From: a virus
Lineage: Duplodnaviria > Caudoviricetes
Virus record (IMG/VR): IMGVR_UViG_3300028586_000039
Span: 1 to 42,207 of that record
Reading direction: 5' to 3' (one strand)
DNA: 42,207 nucleotides
The notes below the pieces were generated by a model. That model ran no database searches. It saw only the letters and a program-made list of their open reading frames with translations, and was not told the DNA's origin. This document shows, in pieces, positions 35,462-42,207 of the stretch (positions are counted from its first letter, which is position 1; each line of letters starts with the position of its first letter). Both the position numbers and the translations under genes were made by a program.

Positions 35462-35662
35462 ATGCACCTGCTAGCCCGATACCTTGTCGAACACGGCATA
35501 TCACTCGACGACTTTGCCGCTCGCATCGGCGTCGCTAACCGTAGCGTCGTCCACAAATACACGACCGGCGGCGTTATTCCCCGCCCGCCAGTCATGGCGG
35601 CGATCGTGCGCGAGACGGGCGGGGCGATTCAGCCGAACGACTTCTATGCGACGGCCAAGTGA
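35462..35662 (+). CDS. cro: Cro-like repressor
   Basis: 66 aa; L..YL...GIS...FA.RIGV....V..Y..G...P......I...TGG.I.PNDF. Confidence 0.87.
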   Translation: MHLLARYLVEHGISLDDFAARIGVANRSVVHKYTTGGVIPRPPVMAAIVRETGGAIQPNDFYATAK

Positions 35663-36129
35663 CCTCGCAAAATATGAGTGAAGTCACGCCTTCGGATATG
35701 CTCGCGCGGTGCCGCGCCAAGCATGAGATCTACTCCGCTAAAGAGGTCGAGTTCCTGCGTTCGATCAACAATCCGTTCGCGCTGGCGTCACTGTCGCCGG
35801 CTCAGGTGGACTGGTTGACGAAGCTTGCGGAGCGCGAGGTCCTTGATTTTGCGGCGATCAACACCGCCGCGCTTTCTGTGCTGACGACAATCTGCCGGCG
35901 CTGGCTTCCCGACGGTGTCGTCTACGGGAAGGAGTTCGTTGCGCGGAACCCGACCCGTAGCGACGGGAAGCCGGGGTCATTTCGCATAAATGTCGTAACC
36001 GGCCGCTGGTCTGATTTCGCAGTCGATGGCGCCCGCGGTGGCGACCCGATCAGCCTTGCCGCCTACCTATTTCATGCCGGCGACCAGATCGCCGCAGCCA
36101 AGGACGTCAAGCGCATGGTGGGGCTGTGA
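35659..36129 (+). CDS. Primase N-terminal-like accessory protein
   Basis: WLP.G...G.EF..RNPTR.D.KPGSF.IN..TG.W.DFA...GGD.ISL.AYL resembles primase zinc-binding-domain folds but lacks the Cys ligands. Confidence 0.65.
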   Translation: MTSQNMSEVTPSDMLARCRAKHEIYSAKEVEFLRSINNPFALASLSPAQVDWLTKLAEREVLDFAAINTAALSVLTTICRRWLPDGVVYGKEFVARNPTRSDGKPGSFRINVVTGRWSDFAVDGARGGDPISLAAYLFHAGDQIAAAKDVKRMVGL

Positions 36130-38585
36130 TGGCGCTGGCTGACCCGTTTGTTCCTATCTCTGCGGAGGAAGCCGCCGAGGTCGAGAAGCCAAAGGCGAAG
36201 GTCGACAAGGTTCCGATCTTGCCTGTGCCGGAATCGGCGCCCCCATGCGCGTTTCGTATTCCAGCTTTGGGCGGCGCGCCGGTTCGCAAGTGGGAGTATC
36301 GCGACGCGGCTGGCCGCCTTCTCGGCTATGACGCCCGGTTCGAGTACGAACAGGACGGTCAGCGCTGCAAGGACGTGTTGCCGATCACGTTCTGCCAAGT
36401 CGGCGATCGGCAGGACTGGCGGAGCAAGGCGTTCCCAGCTCCCCGGCCCCTGTACGGGCTTGATAGGCTCGCCGCCCGAAAAGACGCACCTGTAGTCGTC
36501 GCCGAAGGGGCGAAGAGTGCGGACGCCGCAGGGGCGCTTTTGCCGGGTTATGTCGCGGTGTCATGGTCTGGGGGCGGCAAGGCAGTTAGCCATACCAACT
36601 GGCGCGATTTGGCTGGACGTGATGTCCTCGTCTGGCCCGATCGCGACCGACAATGCGAACGATCAGGCGCCGAAAAGCCCTACGAGGATCAGCCCGGCAC
36701 GATCGCGGCCGAAAACATCGTCGCCAAGTTAAAGACGGTTGCGGCGAGAGTGCGTGTCCTCAAGCTGGAAAACTTCGAATGTGCCGACGGCTGGGACGCC
36801 GACGACGCCGTTCAGGCCGGCTGGACGTCGGACCAGGCGGCGGCATTCGTCGACACCTATAGCGAAGTGGTGGACGTTGATGGTCCCGGCATCGAACTTC
36901 CCTATGGCTTCGAGAACTCTGCCGATGGCCTGTATTATGTCGACGGCGAGGACCGGCGCATGTGGATTTGCGGCCGTCTGAAGGTTCTCGCAAAAACCCG
37001 TGACGGTGCCGGCAGTGGCTGGGGGTTACTGCTGGAATGGCGCGACGGTGACGGCACAGTGCACCGCTGGGCGATGCCGAAAGCAATGCTGGCAGGCGAC
37101 GGCACCGCCATCCGCGAAGAGCTCCTGTCTCGTGGCTTCGACATATCTACGGACAGCAAGGCAAAGGGCCGCTTCCTGCAATTCCTCGCCGGGGTCGATA
37201 TCGACGTGCGAGCCAGGGCGGTCGAGAAGGTCGGCTGGTCCGGGCCGGCCTTCGCTCTTCCGCACATCACCATCGGCGACACCGCCACGGATCGTGTCAT
37301 CTTCCAGAATGGCGATGCAGGAGCGCATCAGTACCATACCTCGGGAACGCTGACAGAGTGGCAGGAACGGGTCGCTGTGCCGGCGATCGGCAACAGCCGC
37401 ATCGTGTTCATGATCTCGGCCGCGTTCGTCGGCCCTATCCTCACTCCTGCGATGGAAGAGGGAGGTGGTGTCAATCTGGTCGGGGCGTCCAGCACGGGTA
37501 AGACGACGGGCTTGCGCGCGGCCGCCAGCGTGTGGGGGCCGGCGCTCTTCATGAGAACGTGGCGCGCGACGGGCAATGGCCTTGAAGGTGTCGCGGTCCA
37601 GCACTCCGAAACGCTGCTGTGCCTCGACGAGCTCGGGCAGCTCGATCCCCGTGAGGTCGGGCAAGTCGCGTACATGCTGGGGAACGGCCAAGGCAAAACG
37701 CGGGCATCACGCTCCGGCAGCTCGCGCGTGGCGGCGTCATGGAACGTCATGTTTCTTTCGACCGGCGAGATCGGCCTTGCGGATCTCGCTCGCGAGGGGA
37801 AGCCGGGCAGGAACGCTCAAGCGGGACAGGAAGTCCGAATCCTCGACGTGCCTGCGGACGCCGGCAAGGGAATGGGCTGTTTTGAGCGGCTGAACGGCTC
37901 CGACAGCGCCGCTGCATTTTCGCGACAGCTCTCAACATCGGCGCGGGAAGTCTACGGCACCGCGGCTATCGCCTACATCGAGGCGGTTGCGGCCGTCCGG
38001 TCTGAGGTCGGGGACATGATCGCGGCCAGCATGGCGGAGTTTCAGCAGACCTTCGTCAGCGCGGAATCCGACGGGCAAGTCATTCGCGCTGGCCGCCGGT
38101 TCGGGCTTATTGCTGCTGCGGGCGAACTGGCGATTGCCCTCGGTATCCTGCCATGGCCGACGCGTGAAGCCTTCGACGCCGCGGGGGTGATGTTCCGAGC
38201 TTGGGTGGCGCGCCGGGGCGGCACCGGTTCGGCCGAGGATCGCAACATCATCGAGCGCCTATGTTCTTTCATCGACGCGAATGGTGATGCTCGCTTCTCC
38301 CCGATGACTGGTGGCGAGGAATACCATCGGACGGTCATCAACCGCGCAGGCTTTTTCCGAAACACCACGGTCAACGACACAACCGTGCGGGAGTACCTGT
38401 TCCTGCCGACAGCCTTCAAAGAGGTGTTCATCGGCTTCGACCAGAAACACGTGCGCGATCTGCTTCTGGAGCGCGGCATCCTGATCCCCGGCGGCGACAA
38501 GTCGTCGCAATCGCTCAACCTGCCTGAGCTTGGAAAGAAGCGCTGTTACGTCATCAACCCGGCGGGTCTTAGCGATGAAGCCTGA
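36129..38585 (+). CDS. TOPRIM primase + DUF927-type helicase replication protein
   Basis: RPLY, VAEG.K.ADA, DRD, DADD (TOPRIM); GASSTGKT Walker A, LCLDE Walker B, NG.GK.R. Confidence 0.9.
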   Translation: MALADPFVPISAEEAAEVEKPKAKVDKVPILPVPESAPPCAFRIPALGGAPVRKWEYRDAAGRLLGYDARFEYEQDGQRCKDVLPITFCQVGDRQDWRSKAFPAPRPLYGLDRLAARKDAPVVVAEGAKSADAAGALLPGYVAVSWSGGGKAVSHTNWRDLAGRDVLVWPDRDRQCERSGAEKPYEDQPGTIAAENIVAKLKTVAARVRVLKLENFECADGWDADDAVQAGWTSDQAAAFVDTYSEVVDVDGPGIELPYGFENSADGLYYVDGEDRRMWICGRLKVLAKTRDGAGSGWGLLLEWRDGDGTVHRWAMPKAMLAGDGTAIREELLSRGFDISTDSKAKGRFLQFLAGVDIDVRARAVEKVGWSGPAFALPHITIGDTATDRVIFQNGDAGAHQYHTSGTLTEWQERVAVPAIGNSRIVFMISAAFVGPILTPAMEEGGGVNLVGASSTGKTTGLRAAASVWGPALFMRTWRATGNGLEGVAVQHSETLLCLDELGQLDPREVGQVAYMLGNGQGKTRASRSGSSRVAASWNVMFLSTGEIGLADLAREGKPGRNAQAGQEVRILDVPADAGKGMGCFERLNGSDSAAAFSRQLSTSAREVYGTAAIAYIEAVAAVRSEVGDMIAASMAEFQQTFVSAESDGQVIRAGRRFGLIAAAGELAIALGILPWPTREAFDAAGVMFRAWVARRGGTGSAEDRNIIERLCSFIDANGDARFSPMTGGEEYHRTVINRAGFFRNTTVNDTTVREYLFLPTAFKEVFIGFDQKHVRDLLLERGILIPGGDKSSQSLNLPELGKKRCYVINPAGLSDEA

Positions 38586-39165
38586 TCCTTTCGCTGCGCT
38601 GCGTACGCGCGACACCGGCGTCTCAACGTCGTTTTCGGATCAGGTGGAACACCTGGAACACATGCTAGAAGATCGCGTGTTCCTTGAAAAACGGCGGATT
38701 TCTGCGGGAGAACACGAAGAACACCCGGAACACCTCGGAAATGGAGAGGTGGACGCTATCAGCGACTGGCGGGCGGTCACCAGCATCTCGCCGGCTGATA
38801 ACAGGCTGCTCCCGAGTGACTGGGCCGACAGCTTGCATCTTCTCAATCGGCGGCACCCCCCGCCGCGTTGCTCGGCCGAACGGTGGACCGAGATCGTGCT
38901 GGACGCCCATCGCTTGGCTTGGGGTTGGCACGCAGAACTGATCGCGGACGAGTGGACCCTTGCCGCGATTTTTGGCGTCGATCGAGCAGAAGGCGCGGGG
39001 ACCGGTCTTGCGATGGCGATCAAAGGGGATCGGGTGGTCAACGTCTACCGGGACGACCGTGGGCGGAGGGTGGCCGCGATCAAGGGCGCCGACGGATACC
39101 GATATCATCACAGCAGGACGCGCCATGACGCGCCGCTGATTTGGACCTTGGGGCAGCAAGCATGA
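38575..39165 (+). CDS. Hypothetical protein overlapping the origin repeats
   Basis: ATG 38575 overlaps helicase end; W..I..DA..L...W...L....W....IFG pattern. Confidence 0.55.
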   Translation: MKPDPFAALRTRDTGVSTSFSDQVEHLEHMLEDRVFLEKRRISAGEHEEHPEHLGNGEVDAISDWRAVTSISPADNRLLPSDWADSLHLLNRRHPPPRCSAERWTEIVLDAHRLAWGWHAELIADEWTLAAIFGVDRAEGAGTGLAMAIKGDRVVNVYRDDRGRRVAAIKGADGYRYHHSRTRHDAPLIWTLGQQA

Positions 39166-39289
39166 CAGGGGTGATTAAAATGGTCGGCGCTTTGAAAGCG
39201 GGTGTTCCGGGTGTTCCGGGTGTTCCGTGGCAGAAAAGCGTGAGATTTGTGGAACACCTATATCGGTGTGAGGTGTTCTCATGTGTTCC
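38646..39289. repeat. Two clusters of RGAACAC repeats (putative replication origin iterons)
   Basis: Six copies at 38646-38733 and six at 39202-39289, mostly at 9-bp period, directly after the primase-helicase. Confidence 0.75.
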
Positions 39290-39331
39290 ACACATTAAAG
39301 CCCTAGCCTTTCGCATGCTGGAGGACAGGGC

Positions 39332-39913
39332 GTGACGCCTACCAGCCCACAGCGTTGGTGCATCCTGCGGACCTCAGGGCCTTCCACGCTCCGACTGACG
39401 GCATCCTTGCAAGATGCGGGAATGCAGGCGTGGACGCCGACGGAGCACATCCGCCGCCGCATGCCTCGCGGCAAGACCAAGGAACATCGGGTGGTGCCCT
39501 TGGCGCCGACCTATGTCTTCGTGCGGGCTGACCGGCTGGAAGAACTTCAGCGGATCGAGCGGGCGGAGATCACGCCGCACCCGCGCTTTTCGATCTTTCG
39601 CCATTGCGGCGCCACGGTATGGGTCGGGCACACCATGCTTCACCCGCTGCGCATGCTTCAGCAGGACAGCTATCGCCAGTCGCTGCCGGCAAGTGGCCGT
39701 GCACCGGGCAAGCCACGCGGCGCGCACTACGACGTTGGCGATAAGGTCAAGCTCACCACGGGGGCGTTCACCGGATTCGAGGCATTCGTAGAGAGTAGTG
39801 ACGGCCTGACGACGACGTTGACTGTTGGGATATTTGGTCGCCCAACGGAAGTGAAGGTGCCTACTTTACAATTGCGGGGTGCGAGCGTATCTGCTGCTCG
39901 TTCCGCTGCATGA
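39332..39913 (+). CDS. NusG/RfaH-family transcription antiterminator
   Basis: W.ILRT NGN start, PL.PTYVFV, KOW motif VGD.V.L..GAF.G..A.V, IFGR...V; sits where late regulators lie. Confidence 0.88.
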   Translation: MTPTSPQRWCILRTSGPSTLRLTASLQDAGMQAWTPTEHIRRRMPRGKTKEHRVVPLAPTYVFVRADRLEELQRIERAEITPHPRFSIFRHCGATVWVGHTMLHPLRMLQQDSYRQSLPASGRAPGKPRGAHYDVGDKVKLTTGAFTGFEAFVESSDGLTTTLTVGIFGRPTEVKVPTLQLRGASVSAARSAA

Positions 39914-40184
39914 GCAGCCCGCGACGAGCGTGACCGGCTGGCGATATCGCCTTACTGCCCTCGTCCCCACCCGTTGGAGCGCATGCGCTTCCGCGGTTGT
40001 CCTACGGTATGGAAGTCCCCGCTCTGCGCTGTGGATTGGGCTTATCCCGGTCGGCGCATCGGGCTTGATCGAAGGTCGCGCGGCCAACGATCAGACAGCG
40101 GTGGTCTTGGGCGATGGCCCGATCCGATCCGTTGGCAGCAGGTGGAAGCCCGGCAACTTCGTGCTTTCGGGTAGGTGAAACGAC

Positions 40185-40520
40185 ATGGCGAACCGCAAGC
40201 CATGGCAGCACACCGGGCCGGATAAGCGGCTAAGGGGCAGGGCAGGGCAAGCGCAGCGTCAACGCCGCCTCGATCGTACCGACGGCCTATGCGAGCATTG
40301 CCTAGCGCAAGACCGTGTCACCCTCGCAACCATCGTCAACCACATCACGCCGCTGGCACGCGGCGGTGACGACACCGACGAGAACACCGAGAACCTTTGC
40401 GGGCCGTGCGATGAGATCGCCACCGCCAAGCAGTTCGCGAAGGCCAAGCCCATCAAGGGGCGCGGCATCGGGCGTGACGGTCGACCGACCAGCGCCGATC
40501 ATCCTTGGAACAGGGGCTGA
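40185..40520 (+). CDS. Packaging-associated HNH endonuclease
   Basis: LCEHC...AT.VNHI.PL..GG.D..EN...LC..C, DG.P....HPWN; precedes terS. Confidence 0.88.
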   Translation: MANRKPWQHTGPDKRLRGRAGQAQRQRRLDRTDGLCEHCLAQDRVTLATIVNHITPLARGGDDTDENTENLCGPCDEIATAKQFAKAKPIKGRGIGRDGRPTSADHPWNRG

Positions 40521-40630
40521 CATGGCCGAGGGATGGACAGACTTAGGACGCGCGTGGCTTCGCGCCGGTTCTCCGGTCGGCGAAGCGTTCGCGCTCTGGC
40601 GAGCGGCGCAGCCCCCACGCGTCTGATCTG

Positions 40631-40710
40631 ACCCACCCCCCCCTAAAAGTTCAGAGTGGACGGTCTGGGACACCGGCGGTCTCCTCCGTGCGCAGCGAGA
40701 TCAAAATTCA
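40631..40710 (+). other. Candidate cos packaging site
   Basis: C-run + AAAAGT followed by GGACACCGGCGG in the HNH-terS gap, where HK97-like cos sites lie; exact cut not determinable. Confidence 0.5.
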
Positions 40711-40749
40711 GAGTAAAAAGTTCGGTGAAATCCCGGCGAGCGAGGCCGC

Positions 40750-41181
40750 ATGAACGTCATTGAGGGAACCGGGCTGATCGTTTCCGAGCCGGATTGGGCG
40801 CTGTTGCTGACCGACGAATTGGAGCGAGCGGCGGCGGCGGATCACTGGCGGCGGATCACCGGCGAGTTGCGTGAACGCGAGGTGCTGTCGGCGTCGAATG
40901 CTCATGCGATCCAGCGATTGGTCCTCGCCTATATCGTCTACGACCGCTGCTCGCGGGAGGTCGCTGAGAGCGGCGCGGTGCTGAAGCCCAAGCGCGGCAA
41001 CCCGAAATCGATCGCACGCCTCAGTCCCTACTTCACCGCCATGCGTGAAGCGGGCTCGGATGCCGACCGGCAGGAGCAGGAGCTTGGCATCTCACCGCGC
41101 CGTCGCGCGGGCGCCGCCAAGGTCGAGACGAAGGTCAAACGTCAGCAGGCCGGCGGCGGATACCTGAAGAGCCGTGCCTAA
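40750..41181 (+). CDS. terS: Terminase small subunit (P27-like)
   Basis: W..I...L, G.V.......SPY, ELGISP.RR motifs; precedes terL. Confidence 0.88.
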   Translation: MNVIEGTGLIVSEPDWALLLTDELERAAAADHWRRITGELREREVLSASNAHAIQRLVLAYIVYDRCSREVAESGAVLKPKRGNPKSIARLSPYFTAMREAGSDADRQEQELGISPRRRAGAAKVETKVKRQQAGGGYLKSRA

Positions 41182-42207
41182 TCGCTTCCTGTCGGAAGAA
41201 GACCCGACAACCGCCTGGGCGAAAGCCGCCGTCGACGGCAAGCTGTTCACCTGTGGTGAGCTGGTGCGCCACGCGGCCGAGCGTCACCTTCGCGATATTC
41301 GCGATGGTGAGCGTCGCGGCATCTATTGGCGGCCGGACGCGGCGGCGCACTTCCTGAATTTCCTGCCGTCCGTCTTTCAGGTGACTGATGGGCCAGCGGC
41401 CGGCGACCCCTTTTACCCGCTTGAATACCATACGTTCGTCGGCGGAAATCTGTTCGGCTGGCGCACCGCGACGAACCGCTGGCGCTACCGCACCGGCTGG
41501 TTGGAAACGGGCAAGGGGCAGGCGAAGTCGCCGTTGATGGGCGCGATCGGCGTCTACATCATGGGCTGGTGCGATATTCCGCGCGCGCAGTGCTATGCGA
41601 TCGGCGAAGACAAGGCGACGGCCAACGTCCTGTTCCGCGATGCCGTCGCAATGTGCCGGGCCGACGTCCCCGGTGGTGATGAAGGCGAAAGCCTTGAGCG
41701 CCTCGGCGAAGTCATCATCCGCGGCGAGCTCGAAAACGCGTGGAAGATCGAGCATCCGGATAGCGGGTCGTTCTTCATGCCGATCGCCAGCGGCGAGAGC
41801 CAGTCGGGGCCCCGACCGTCGTTGGTGGCGGCTGACGAGATCCACGAACTGAAGTCGGAAGCGGCCTTGCTGACGTGGAAGGCGGCAATCGACAAGGTCG
41901 CCGGCAACGCGCTGATGCTGCTGGGTACGAACACTCCGTCCCGATCATCGCAGCACGTCGGCACGTCCTATTCGGACACCTATCAAGCGATAGTGAAGGG
42001 CGAGGCGAAAGACGACACCGCGTTCGCGTTCATCGCCCGCATCGACAAGGGCGACCGGGACACGATTTTCGAGAACGAGCGCGCATGGCAGAAGTCGTTG
42101 CCCGCCCTCGGCGAGACGTTCCCGGTTGAGAATATTCGCGAGACGGTCAATTCCGCCAAGCTGCGGCCGTCGACCAAGTCGAGCGTCAAGCGTCTCTATT
42201 TTGGCAT
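41174..42207 (+). CDS. terL: Terminase large subunit, N-terminal (ATPase) part; runs off the end and continues into 1-1034
   Basis: GTG 41174 MPNRFLSEEDP...; A.ERHL.D, ETGKGQAKS Walker A, AADEIHE Walker B. Confidence 0.93.
   Translation, partial: MPNRFLSEEDPTTAWAKAAVDGKLFTCGELVRHAAERHLRDIRDGERRGIYWRPDAAAHFLNFLPSVFQVTDGPAAGDPFYPLEYHTFVGGNLFGWRTATNRWRYRTGWLETGKGQAKSPLMGAIGVYIMGWCDIPRAQCYAIGEDKATANVLFRDAVAMCRADVPGGDEGESLERLGEVIIRGELENAWKIEHPDSGSFFMPIASGESQSGPRPSLVAADEIHELKSEAALLTWKAAIDKVAGNALMLLGTNTPSRSSQHVGTSYSDTYQAIVKGEAKDDTAFAFIARIDKGDRDTIFENERAWQKSLPALGETFPVENIRETVNSAKLRPSTKSSVKRLYFG
41955..42207 (+). repeat. Terminal direct repeat (circular assembly overlap), copy 2
   Basis: Identical to 1-253 except one central mismatch. 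Confidence 0.97.

Larger units (their letters stand above)
1..42207. mobile_element. Complete temperate siphophage genome in excised, circular form (41,954 bp unique)
   Basis: Full set of packaging, head, tail, lysis, integration, immunity and replication modules; no host genes; terminal 253-bp overlap; attP has arm repeats on both sides of the core. Confidence 0.93.

Noticed and set aside
38646-39289. GAAC/GTTC repeats as LexA boxes or a CRISPR array
   Set aside because: Period is 9-10 bp rather than the 11 bp of GTTC-N7-GTTC; units are far too short for CRISPR repeats and there are no spacers or cas genes
39141-39335. ORF with GVPGVPGVP repeat
   Set aside because: The peptide repeat is just the translation of the 9-bp iterons; coding status unsupported

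Overview
The window is one apparently complete, circularly assembled genome (41,954 bp unique; bases 1-253 recur at 41955-42207) of a GC-rich temperate long-tailed phage. The host is probably an alphaproteobacterium, most likely a sphingomonad (inference from an alphaproteobacterial GTTC-N7-GTTC LexA box, GTA-like tail genes and gene style). Gene order: HNH - cos-like site - terS - terL (split by the contig break) - HK97-type portal, ClpP-like protease, capsid - head-tail joining - tail tube, tail chaperones with a -1 slippery site - lipoprotein moron - tape measure with an internal M15-like peptidase - tail tip genes (the TipJ-like protein ends in a Hint/intein-like domain) - SGNH tail spike - lysis genes (no recognisable spanin) - a second fibre-like structural cassette - accessory region (22-aa peptide/HTH operon, LexA-boxed HIRAN/YozE pair) - intact attP with a tRNA-Ser-like core - P4-type integrase - leftward early genes with AlpA - cI/cro switch - TOPRIM/DUF927 primase-helicase with a mirror-symmetric repeat origin - NusG-like antiterminator. 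The most unusual elements are the non-splicing Hint domain on the tail tip protein, the operator-controlled micro-peptide/hairpin/HTH unit, the mirror-image iteron clusters, and the extra fibre cassette. All protein calls come from motif recognition and synteny; no database search was run.
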